In this document: in pieces, positions 29,377 through 37,098 of the stretch | Position numbering within the stretch: position 1 is the first letter of the stretch | Layout: each line of letters opens with the position of its first letter | Assembly: GCA_963821525.1 (NCBI GenBank) | Contig: CAWGED010000014.1 | Span: forward strand, 81,960 to 145,959 | Length of the DNA: 64,000 bases | Direction: 5' to 3' | From: an uncultured Gemmatimonadales bacterium | Lineage (GTDB): Bacteria; Gemmatimonadota; Gemmatimonadetes; Gemmatimonadales; GWC2-71-9 | Made by a program: the position numbers and the translations under genes | The notes under the pieces: model-generated | Told to the model about the DNA's origin: nothing | What the model saw: only the letters and a program-made list of their open reading frames with translations | Database searches by the model: none

Positions 29377-29733
29377 CTAGGCCCCCGGCCTGTCCTCGAG
29401 ATCACAGTGCATAGTGTGGAGCAGACGGTGGACGACCGGTGCGAGCAACACTCCAGCGGTCACGATGAAAACCAGTCCGGAGTAGAGGGCGTAGAACCCG
29501 GCGAAGATTTCGCCGCCGGGACTGAGATCGGTCTTGATCGGCCCCATCCCACCGAGCAGCATCGCCGAGTTGAGAAAGGCTTCCCGCAGCCGCAATCTCT
29601 CGAAGTGCTCGTATCCCAAGATCCCGCCAAGCAGCGAGAGGCCGATGATAAGGGAGGCGATCAGAAGGTTCAGCAGCAGGCGGAGCGCGAAGCGATGGGC
29701 GCTCAACAGTCGATGAGTTTGGTGCTCGTACAA
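29377..29733 (-). CDS. Small membrane protein (potassium-channel pore-like)
   Basis: GYEHFE...AFLNSAMLLGGMGP, FAGFYALYSG. Confidence 0.75.
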   Translation of the reverse strand: MYEHQTHRLLSAHRFALRLLLNLLIASLIIGLSLLGGILGYEHFERLRLREAFLNSAMLLGGMGPIKTDLSPGGEIFAGFYALYSGLVFIVTAGVLLAPVVHRLLHTMHCDLEDRPGA

Positions 29734-29826
29734 GAGTTCCTCCTTCTCCTGCGGGTCAGGCCGGTGGACACACCAAAATGCCGGACGAGATCGTTGATCC
29801 GCCCGTCGCGGTGGAACCAGGTCGTA

Positions 29827-29976
29827 CTATTGCTTCTCGCCTTTGCTCTTGCGGCGGATGTCGGTCCGATGGGCCCGCTCGTAGGTTTGCATGTCCTTGA
29901 AGCGCCCCTTCGCGTCGCGAACGTCGTAGAGCTTCTTCGCGGACGAGGTGCGTTGTGTCGTGCGCCTGCTGGGCAT
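29827..29976 (-). CDS. Small basic protein (49 aa)
   Basis: Strong SD AAGGAAGGAG; KKLYDVRDAKGRFKDMQTYERAH. Confidence 0.65.
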   Translation of the reverse strand: MPSRRTTQRTSSAKKLYDVRDAKGRFKDMQTYERAHRTDIRRKSKGEKQ

Positions 29977-30024
29977 TGCTGTCTCCTTCCTTAAACGAAC
30001 CGATGGCACAAGAGCAGTACAGCT

Positions 30025-30624
30025 TCACAATATTCTGCGTCCCTTGGCCGACTCGTCAATAAGCCTTTGGAGCCGTTTCACCCGAGTCTCCTCCTTCTTG
30101 GCGCTTACCACCCAGAAGGCCATGAGCCGCTGGTACCCGGGTGGTTGAGCCTGGAAAAAAGCCCAGGCCTTCCGGTTCCCTTCCAGCTTCTTCTGATGTT
30201 CAGGGGCGAGGCTGGCGGTATGCCGCTGCTCATAGAAATAGATGCGGGACTTGTCGTCCGTGCGCTTGGCGAATGCGGCCAGACCTGCCTCCTGCATATG
30301 GCCCAGGCCGTCGAGTTCCCCGACCCGCTTGATATTGATGGAGCTCCAGTTACTTCCTGCCCGCCGCGGCGTGAAGCGGATGGTATAGCTCACGTCGTCA
30401 AGCCGTTTCCGGACTCCGTCGATCCATCCGAAGCAGAGCGCCTGGTCTACCGATTCGGGCCAGGTGATGCTGGGCTTCCCGGAGTCACGCTTGTAGAAAC
30501 CGACCAGCAGTTCGGGGGCGGTGGCGTGATGCTTGGCGAGCCAGGCCCTGAACTGATCAGGCTCGGCGAAAAACGTGGGCTTGGCCAGTGACTTCTTCAC
30601 CGGCGCCCGAGGCTTACTCGCCAC
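30025..30624 (-). CDS. YdeI/OmpD-associated family protein
   Basis: FRAWLAKHH, VDQALCFGWIDG, FTPRR..SNWS, SAKKEETR. Confidence 0.92.
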   Translation of the reverse strand: MASKPRAPVKKSLAKPTFFAEPDQFRAWLAKHHATAPELLVGFYKRDSGKPSITWPESVDQALCFGWIDGVRKRLDDVSYTIRFTPRRAGSNWSSINIKRVGELDGLGHMQEAGLAAFAKRTDDKSRIYFYEQRHTASLAPEHQKKLEGNRKAWAFFQAQPPGYQRLMAFWVVSAKKEETRVKRLQRLIDESAKGRRIL

Positions 30625-30871
30625 CTTGCGGGGAGCTTCCGGGATCGGCGGGCTGGTCGGGCCACTGAACCTGGAGGGCGCCGGAGGGGCAACGCGCGAC
30701 CTGGTCAGCAACAACCTTGGCCGACGCGAGCTCAGGTCTCACCCAGCGCTTGCGGCGGACATCGAACACTTCGGGCAACCCGCGAACGCAGACTCCGGAG
30801 TGGAAACAGCGATTCGGATCGAAGGTGACGGTGATTTCCGGGGTCTCGTATACCTGGAGTCGTTTTGGCAT
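30614..30871 (-). CDS. Divergent 4Fe-4S mono-cluster (YjdI-like) protein
   Basis: CFHSGVCVRGLPEVFD, RCPSGAL. Confidence 0.88.
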   Translation of the reverse strand: MPKRLQVYETPEITVTFDPNRCFHSGVCVRGLPEVFDVRRKRWVRPELASAKVVADQVARCPSGALQVQWPDQPADPGSSPQGGE

Positions 30872-30890
30872 GACTGCCCTCCTCTAGTAC

Positions 30891-30970
30891 ATCTCACCTT
30901 TCACTTCTTACTCAATTACTTCTTACTCCTCACTTCTTACTCCTCACTTCTTACCTCTTCCTCACTTCCC
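30891..30970. repeat. Heptamer repeat (TCACTTC/TTACTTC/TTACTCC)n
   Basis: About 10 degenerate copies at a gene 3' end. Confidence 0.85.
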
Positions 30971-31306
30971 ACCAACCGTCGGCCCAATCTGGTCCGCGAT
31001 GGCGCGCGCCAGAGACTGCAGCTCAGCGTGTTCCGGATGCCGAATCTGTTTCTCCAGGCCGGCCTGGACCCCGCGAAGACTCTCGATCGCTCGCCGCAGT
31101 TTGAGCCGCTCCACCCGAAGCGGTGCGGTGGCGCCATAGCCGGCGGCGAGGACGGCCCACATGCTGGTCCGCAACGAGTCAACCGAGTTCTTCAGGTCCT
31201 CGAGGCCGGCGGGAGCGGCAGGCGCCCGCGCCAGCCGGGCTTCGACCTCGTTGAGCAGGGCGCCGAGTGCGATCAATTGCTGGGCCAGCGGTTCGTCCTG
31301 AGTCAT
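30962..31306 (-). CDS. Hypothetical helical protein
   Basis: Amphipathic ORF (LKNSVDSLRTSMWAVL). Confidence 0.6.
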   Translation of the reverse strand: MTQDEPLAQQLIALGALLNEVEARLARAPAAPAGLEDLKNSVDSLRTSMWAVLAAGYGATAPLRVERLKLRRAIESLRGVQAGLEKQIRHPEHAELQSLARAIADQIGPTVGGK

Positions 31307-31378
31307 GCGCAGCTCATCGGTGGAGATCAGGTTGACGCCACAAGCACCGGATACCCATAGCAAACTACTTACCTCGGA

Positions 31379-31531
31379 CGACGCGGGAACACGCGGATCA
31401 CGCGGATTGATCTTTAGAGGCACCAGGCTCCTTCTTGATGCTCTGGCGCCTGCGAGGTTGCGCTTTCCCAGCTAACCTCCCTGAAAGACCAACATTACCA
31501 CAATTTCCGCGTGCTCCGCGTCTTCCGCGGT
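31379..31531. repeat. Inverted pair of ~9-mer repeats (CACGCGGA.. / ..TCCGCGTG)
   Basis: gacgcgggaacacgcggatcacgcggatt at 31379 and ttccgcgtgctccgcgtcttccgcggt at 31505. Confidence 0.65.
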
Positions 31532-32027
31532 AAGTAGTTAAGGGCGGTCGAGCAACGAATTCCTCGCTCCGGCGGGACTTGATGGCGCCACCGCCGGCAC
31601 AATCGTGACGGATGCTCAAAAATATCCGTTTCCGGCTCAGCGCACCTCCTCTCCCCTCCGGATCCGGCCATCCCGATTGCATAGGGACCAGCGCGGTCAG
31701 CGGGAAGGGAGGTCGGGCCAACGGGCGCACCGCGAGAGCCATCAGGGCGATGGGGTCATCGTCCCCCGCGATACGGTTGCGATTCAGCACGCCGCAGCGG
31801 CGACACTTGTGGACCAGAGTCCATTCACCGTCGGGACGGGACGCGATCGCCAGCGGTTCCATGATCCCGCCACAGTCCGCGGACCGGTCTCCCGGTTCCA
31901 AATCGAGGTGACGACTCCAGAGACAAATAGGGCAGTGGTTTCGGTAGCGCGTACCGGGAGCGGCACGGGGAACCGAAAAGCTACAATGACCGCACGTGAA
32001 AGGGCGGTCGGGAGACTGAGACGACAT
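31398..32027 (-). CDS. RNHCP domain protein (C-terminal ~80 aa doubtful)
   Basis: FTCGHC, RNHCPICLWSRHLD..PGDR..DCGGIMEP, HKCRRCG, RIAGDD. Confidence 0.9.
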   Translation of the reverse strand: MSSQSPDRPFTCGHCSFSVPRAAPGTRYRNHCPICLWSRHLDLEPGDRSADCGGIMEPLAIASRPDGEWTLVHKCRRCGVLNRNRIAGDDDPIALMALAVRPLARPPFPLTALVPMQSGWPDPEGRGGALSRKRIFLSIRHDCAGGGAIKSRRSEEFVARPPLTTYRGRRGARGNCGNVGLSGRLAGKAQPRRRQSIKKEPGASKDQSA

Positions 32028-32286
32028 GGGAAGAACCTCGCTCGACCAGGATTCGTGCGCCGGGTTAGTCGGCAGAAAACGACACGAAGCCCGCCCGGAC
32101 GGGGAGCGAGAACACTCAGGCTTTCGGGGCTTTCGACCCCGGAATGGCTAGGGCTCTGCTCCGCGACGGGGCGGGAGCGAGGCAAGGCCGTGCAACGACA
32201 GAGGCACTCTCAAGCAGAAGTGGACTTCTGGGCGGGCACAAGATCGGGAGGAGGCCCGGAACCGTCAAGGTCTGAAGGGAGATCCA

Positions 32287-32820
32287 CTACCTGAGGAGAG
32301 CTTCGCGATGCAGCCGGAACAGCAGGAACGCCATCCCGTCATAATCCACGATGCCCTCCGAGGTCATCCCGACCTTCTCCAGTACATGCTGGGATCCCCG
32401 ATTCTGCGGAGTGGTGAGCGCGACCAGCGACCCGAGCCGTAGCTCCTCGAACCCGATGGCGACGCATTTCCGCGCTACCTCGGTGCCGAGACCCCGACCC
32501 CAGAAATCCGGGAGAAACCCGTATCCGATCTCGACCTCGTCGCGTCCTTCGATCTGGAGATGGCGGACACAGGCTCGCCCGGCGATCACGTCGGAGGCAC
32601 CGTCGCGCAAGATCCAGAGTCCGAATCCGTAAGTGGCCCAATGCGCCAGGTTGCGCTCCAGGTAGGCTTGAGTCCCCGCCTCGTCTCGCGGTCCGCCGAG
32701 GTGGCCCATCATCACCGGATCCTGGTCCATCAATCGCAGGTCCGGCCAGTGATCGCGCAAGAGTCGTTCGGCCCGGAGGCGGGTCGTAGAGAACCGTTCG
32801 AGGTTCATCGGCCGATCCAC
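32287..32820 (-). CDS. GNAT acetyltransferase (RimJ/RimL type)
   Basis: EVEIGYGF..FWGRGLGTE, NRGSQHVLEKVGM. Confidence 0.92.
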   Translation of the reverse strand: MDRPMNLERFSTTRLRAERLLRDHWPDLRLMDQDPVMMGHLGGPRDEAGTQAYLERNLAHWATYGFGLWILRDGASDVIAGRACVRHLQIEGRDEVEIGYGFLPDFWGRGLGTEVARKCVAIGFEELRLGSLVALTTPQNRGSQHVLEKVGMTSEGIVDYDGMAFLLFRLHREALLR

Positions 32821-32828
32821 AAAGCCTG

Positions 32829-33284
32829 CTAGATGAGTCGAAGGATCAAATCGAGCTGAACGGCGGCACCGAACGGAAGCTGATTGACCCCGGTCGCGGT
32901 CCGGGCGTGCCGTCCCGCCGGGCCCAGGAGCTCGACCAGGAGGTCTGATGCGCCGTCGATGACTTCCGGCTGGGCGATGAAGGTTGGTGCCGAGCGTACG
33001 AAGCCGTGCAGGCGTTCCACCGAGACGATGCGGTCGAGGTCACCGATGTCCTGCTTGATGATAGCCAGAAGATCGAGCATCACGTCCCGTGCGGCGAGCT
33101 TCGCCCTCGCGATATCGACCTCGCCGCCCACCTCCCCCCGCAAAGCACTGACTTTGCCGGAAACGAAGAGCAGGTCACCCGAGCGCTTGGTGCCGAGGTA
33201 ATTGGCCACCGGCCGCTTCGGCGCGGGCAGTGTCAGGCCCAGCTCGTTCAGCCGAGCCTCCACTCGGCCGCCGCTAGAACTCAT
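32829..33284 (-). CDS. RidA family protein
   Basis: PVANY, VIDGASDLL, GRHARTATGV. Confidence 0.9.
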   Translation of the reverse strand: MSSSGGRVEARLNELGLTLPAPKRPVANYLGTKRSGDLLFVSGKVSALRGEVGGEVDIARAKLAARDVMLDLLAIIKQDIGDLDRIVSVERLHGFVRSAPTFIAQPEVIDGASDLLVELLGPAGRHARTATGVNQLPFGAAVQLDLILRLI

Positions 33285-33355
33285 GCATCAAGGCAGGGAG
33301 ATAGTTCCGTCTCGAGGGTCGACGCGGACTGCGGCCAACAAGAACACCAGGCCAA

Positions 33356-33583
33356 TCAGCCCAGACCCTCGACCGAAGAATCCCGGATCCGGCCGTCGAT
33401 GATGCGGCGCCCGTGATTGCAGCACCCGGTGATGGCGGCCGCTTCCGTGGCGTAGGTGAGGGGCCCCGTGAAGACCCTCAATCCAGACGAGCCGCAGATG
33501 GACAGGTCGAGCGTCCATCGCCCCGAGCCGCGGATCTGAAACGTCCGGGGCGTAATGGTAAAGCCCTTGTACCATACGGGCAC
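33356..33583 (-). CDS. Small hypothetical protein
   Basis: YKGFTITP...GRRIIDG pattern. Confidence 0.55.
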   Translation of the reverse strand: MPVWYKGFTITPRTFQIRGSGRWTLDLSICGSSGLRVFTGPLTYATEAAAITGCCNHGRRIIDGRIRDSSVEGLG

Positions 33584-33596
33584 AAAAGTCAGGTCC

Positions 33597-33956
33597 CTAG
33601 AATGCCGGTAGCACGGGAGGCAGCTGATAGACGTACTTTTCGGTGCGCTTGAGTCCGTTCAGGCGCCCCTCCTTGGTCAGCCGATCCTGGGCGAAGAACA
33701 GCACGGCCCTGACTTTATTCCCGTGGGCCAGGATCTCTTCCTCGGTACAACCGGATCCGGAAACGAGCGCCTCCAGCAACTTCGCGTAGCGGTTGCTGTT
33801 CTTGATCGCGAGGTCGGGTCCCGAGATCACATAGCAGAGACGGTCGAACGAACTCTCCCACTGCACGTCGAGCATCCCGCAAGAGGGGGCGGCGCCGGTG
33901 GCGGGAGGAAATGCGGTCGCGCGCTTTCGCTTCTGTTCCTGGATCGTGGCTGTCAT
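33597..33956 (-). CDS. Hypothetical protein
   Basis: ORF with RBS, coding-like. Confidence 0.55.
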   Translation of the reverse strand: MTATIQEQKRKRATAFPPATGAAPSCGMLDVQWESSFDRLCYVISGPDLAIKNSNRYAKLLEALVSGSGCTEEEILAHGNKVRAVLFFAQDRLTKEGRLNGLKRTEKYVYQLPPVLPAF

Positions 33957-34319
33957 CGTTGTCCCTGCACGGATGGCCCGGCGAAAGGGGAAAAGTGGGG
34001 GTCCCGGGCGCCTCAGAGAAATCTAACCTGCCGCCCGCCTCGCATTCAGGGTTCCGTTTGAGGTTGTCGGTTGCGAACCAGGGTAGACCAGGTTATCATT
34101 AGGGGCGATCGATGCGCCAGTTGCGCGGACAAGTTCCGAGTAGACGTAAGGGGCCCAGACTTGCTGAGGCCCCTTTTCTCTTGCGATGGTCGCACACAGC
34201 GGCTGGGGGAGTCCCCATCGTTGCGGGAACACCCCCTCTCGTGAGGGTCTGTCACGAGGAATGGAGTCGATGCTCGCGGTCAAAGCGAGACACCGACTCG
34301 AATACCAAGGAGTTAGTAC

Positions 34320-34538
34320 ATGCGTACCACTGGAACGGTCAAATGGTTTAACGATGCCAAGGGCTTCGGTTTCATCACGCCGGAAGGCGGCGCCAAGGAC
34401 TGCTTCGTGCATCATTCCGCCATCACCGGGGAGGGATTCAAGTCTCTCGCCGAGGGTGACCGGGTGGAGTTCGACGTGGTTCAGGGCCCCAAGGGTCCGG
34501 CGGCGGAGAAGGTGAGCCGGATCGGCGCGGCAAGCTAA
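34320..34538 (+). CDS. Cold-shock protein (CspA family)
   Basis: [39 protein letters not shown]. Confidence 0.97.
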   Translation: MRTTGTVKWFNDAKGFGFITPEGGAKDCFVHHSAITGEGFKSLAEGDRVEFDVVQGPKGPAAEKVSRIGAAS

Positions 34539-34564
34539 GAGCCAGGACCGCAGGATTTCCAGTT

Positions 34565-34603
34565 TCAGCCGGTCCGACTTCGGTCGGGCCGGCTGAGTCT
34601 TTT
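34565..34603 (+). terminator. Intrinsic terminator after csp
   Basis: tcagccggtccgac-ttcg-gtcgggccggctga then gtcttttt. Confidence 0.85.
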
Positions 34604-34981
34604 TGAGGGCCTCGCGCGTCTCGAACCCGATCGGGTGGGATTCTTCACGCGCGACTCGGGAACCCGGGCTCGGGGCCAGCCGCGGGTGGTCAGATCGACG
34701 GTTCCCTGTTGGGAAAATCGGACGCCTTCGCTCTCGAGCCTGAGTCGCTGAGTAATTCCCGTCCCGCCCGGAATGCTGATGCTCCCGCGCGCGTTGATCA
34801 CCCGATGCCAGGGCACCGCGGTACCATCCGGCAGTGCCGCCATCGCATAGCCAACCTGTCGAGCACCGCAGCCTACCAGCTCCGCTATCCTGCCGTAGGT
34901 GGAGACCCGACCCTTGGGGATACGGCGGATTACGGCGTAGATGCGGCTATAGAGCCGGACCCCGTCACTCGACTGCTTCAC
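34565..34981 (-). CDS. Alkyltransferase-like protein (ATL, MGMT family with Trp in place of the active Cys)
   Basis: IPKGRVSTYGRIA, ARQVG, VPWHRVIN. Confidence 0.9.
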   Translation of the reverse strand: MKQSSDGVRLYSRIYAVIRRIPKGRVSTYGRIAELVGCGARQVGYAMAALPDGTAVPWHRVINARGSISIPGGTGITQRLRLESEGVRFSQQGTVDLTTRGWPRARVPESRVKNPTRSGSRRARPSKRLSRPDRSRTG

Positions 34982-35400
34982 GGCAAGAGCTTCCCGTAGC
35001 GCCGTCCGGTCCATTCCCACCCCAGCCGCTCGTAGAACGCGTGGGCTCCACTGCGATGATTCGCCGTCGCGACCACGATCCGGGGGCACCCATGCTTCCG
35101 GGCGTAGTCCTCCGCAACCTCCAGGAGCTCGCGGCCCACGCCTTTGCCTCTTATCTCCTCGGCAACGACAAGGGTCGAGACATAAGCAGTGTCTTCCGAG
35201 CGAGTGAGCCCGGGTCCTACCTGCACCGAAATCAGCCCACCAACCTCACCAGCGACCACGGAGACGAAGACCTCACCGCGCCCTTCGCTGCGTATACGGC
35301 GGAGCCGTTCGGGAACCTCCGCGGCTGTGGTGGGATAGCCGAGTTGGTCGAGCAACTCGGCGATGACTGCGGCATCGGCAGGTTCGGCGGTGCGGATCAT
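34978..35400 (-). CDS. GNAT acetyltransferase
   Basis: LVVAEEIRGKGVGRELL, AHAFYERLG. Confidence 0.92.
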   Translation of the reverse strand: MIRTAEPADAAVIAELLDQLGYPTTAAEVPERLRRIRSEGRGEVFVSVVAGEVGGLISVQVGPGLTRSEDTAYVSTLVVAEEIRGKGVGRELLEVAEDYARKHGCPRIVVATANHRSGAHAFYERLGWEWTGRRYGKLLP

Positions 35401-35480
35401 TGTCGCTTGGCAGTAGTGGCTCGGGCTTCACTGCCAAGATAGACGGGATTATCTCGGAGGGGACCCCTTCCACCGGTGAT

Positions 35481-35587
35481 GTGAGATTTCAGATTTAAGA
35501 TGTCAGATTGAAAATCGAACGTTGCCAATTGAAAATCTGCAGTTCGAAATCTGCGATCTGAAATCTTAAATCTGAAATCCCCTATCG
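35481..35587. repeat. Palindromic heptamer element (GATTTCA)n ... (AAATCTG)n
   Basis: AT-rich, self-complementary; ends aatctgaaatcccctatc. Confidence 0.85.
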
Positions 35588-35591
35588 GCCC

Positions 35592-36794
35592 CTACTGAAT
35601 CGGTGTCGCGACGAAGACCAGCGTCTTGCGGGAGCTTTTCTCGAAGACCCTTCCAGTGATCTGTCCGGCCTCATTGATGTCCTGAGCGGAAACCAGACTG
35701 TCGGCGAAACCCGGCGCGACCAGATCGTTCAACTTCATCAGTTTCCCCTGCTGCCATAGGAAGGCGCGGTTTACGCCCGCTGCACTGGTGGAGAAACCCA
35801 CGACCTGTCCTCGAGAGTTGATTCCCAGCGCCTGGCTCGTGGCATCTCCCGGAAGCGTCTTGAGATCGCTGATCCCGCCTGATTTGGTCCAGATGAAGGC
35901 ATGGGCGATGAAGATCCCACCGGCGTCGCCCGGGGGGTTGGAGAACCCGACGATGTCGCCCTTAAGATTGATCGCCATGGGCGTGTGCCAGCTGGTGCCG
36001 CCGAGGTTTGCTATCTCCGTCACCGTCCCGTGATCCCAGAGCACGGCATGGCGGGCGCTGAATCGTCCCACGGCCACGTCGCAGTCTCCGGAAATTCCGA
36101 CGGCCTGGCCCATTTCGTTGATGGCGGTCGCCGCGGAAGTCGAGTCACCGTGGAGCGGGGGGAGCTCAGTCATGGTGCCCAACTGGGTGTCCCAGAGGCT
36201 GGCACGGAACTGAAGGACCTGGGGAGTGTTGCAGGTGGGATCGTGAATCGTTGTCTCAGCCCAGCCGACGACCTGCCCGCGCCCGTTGATTCCGGTCGCG
36301 AACCCCTGGTTACCGCCGAAGGTTGGTAGGGGGGTCATCTGATCGGCTTTCCATACGAAGCCGCGGCAGATGTGCCCCGTGAGGCTGGGGAAGAACGCGG
36401 TGCAACTCCACGCTTCCCCCAGCGGATCGAGATCTGCGGTCTCCGCGATGCCTACTACCAGGCCCTGATTGTTGATCCCGGGCCAGACCACACTGCTGTT
36501 GCACTCAGGGCAGTTGGCCCCGCCGAGAGTGCCAAGATCGACAATCGAGCCATCGCGAAAGAGCGCCGCATGCCGGGTCAGATTGCCGGCGAGGTTGGAG
36601 AAGCCCGCAACTACCCCGTCGTTGTTGATGGCGGTGCCTCGGTTCACCGTCCCGCCGAGTGAGTTTGGAAGTTTGGTGATCGTGTATTGCAGGGTTGCCT
36701 GGTTGACCGACGCCTCGGGTGGTTGGGTGACCTGAGGTCCACTCTCACAGCCAGCGACGGCGGCGATCAGGGGGAGGTAGCAGACGGGTCGCAT
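35592..36794 (-). CDS. HAF-repeat extracellular lipoprotein
   Basis: VAGC lipobox; repeated AINxxGQVVG / HAFIW / DLGTLGG units. Confidence 0.9.
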   Translation of the reverse strand: MRPVCYLPLIAAVAGCESGPQVTQPPEASVNQATLQYTITKLPNSLGGTVNRGTAINNDGVVAGFSNLAGNLTRHAALFRDGSIVDLGTLGGANCPECNSSVVWPGINNQGLVVGIAETADLDPLGEAWSCTAFFPSLTGHICRGFVWKADQMTPLPTFGGNQGFATGINGRGQVVGWAETTIHDPTCNTPQVLQFRASLWDTQLGTMTELPPLHGDSTSAATAINEMGQAVGISGDCDVAVGRFSARHAVLWDHGTVTEIANLGGTSWHTPMAINLKGDIVGFSNPPGDAGGIFIAHAFIWTKSGGISDLKTLPGDATSQALGINSRGQVVGFSTSAAGVNRAFLWQQGKLMKLNDLVAPGFADSLVSAQDINEAGQITGRVFEKSSRKTLVFVATPIQ

Positions 36795-36860
36795 TGCGGT
36801 CCTCCGGTGTGGGGAGAGATGAAGCGCACCGAGCATCGTGATCTGCTTCGGTGCTCCCAC

Positions 36861-36911
36861 ACCATAAGACCGGAATTATCGAGTAGCGCGCCGCAATCGG
36901 ACCTGCAATCG
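36861..36911 (-). promoter_or_regulatory. Putative Ada-type activator box plus -10 (TATGGT) for the HAF gene
   Basis: GATTGCAGGTCCGATTGCGGC, 23 nt, TATGGT; degenerate second copy at 36926-36948. Confidence 0.7.
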
Positions 36912-36962
36912 GGTCGCAGGCAACTCGCCAAAGTCGGACTTGGAATTCGTCGGCAAGATTCT

Positions 36963-37098
36963 GGAAATGTCAGATTTAAGATTTAAGATTGCAGATTTGA
37001 ACAAGGGAATTTCAATTTGCAAATCTGAAACCTGAAATCTCAGATCTGAAATCTCCAGAAATCTTCAATCTTAAATCATCAATCTGAAATCCCCTATC
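36963..37098. repeat. Palindromic heptamer element, same family as 35481
   Basis: (GATTTAA/GATTTGA)n ... (AAATCTG)n; ends aatctgaaatcccctatc. Confidence 0.85.

Noticed and set aside
31398..31650. C-terminal extension of the RNHCP protein as a real domain
   Set aside because: It reads through repeat-containing, non-coding-like sequence and probably reflects a lost stop or frameshift.
594..33956. Integron cassette array
   Set aside because: No recurrent RYYYAAC...GTTRRRY attC structures, most genes overlap directly, and no integrase is present.
34023..34415. 130-aa minus-strand ORF overlapping csp
   Set aside because: Antisense shadow of the cold-shock gene and its leader.
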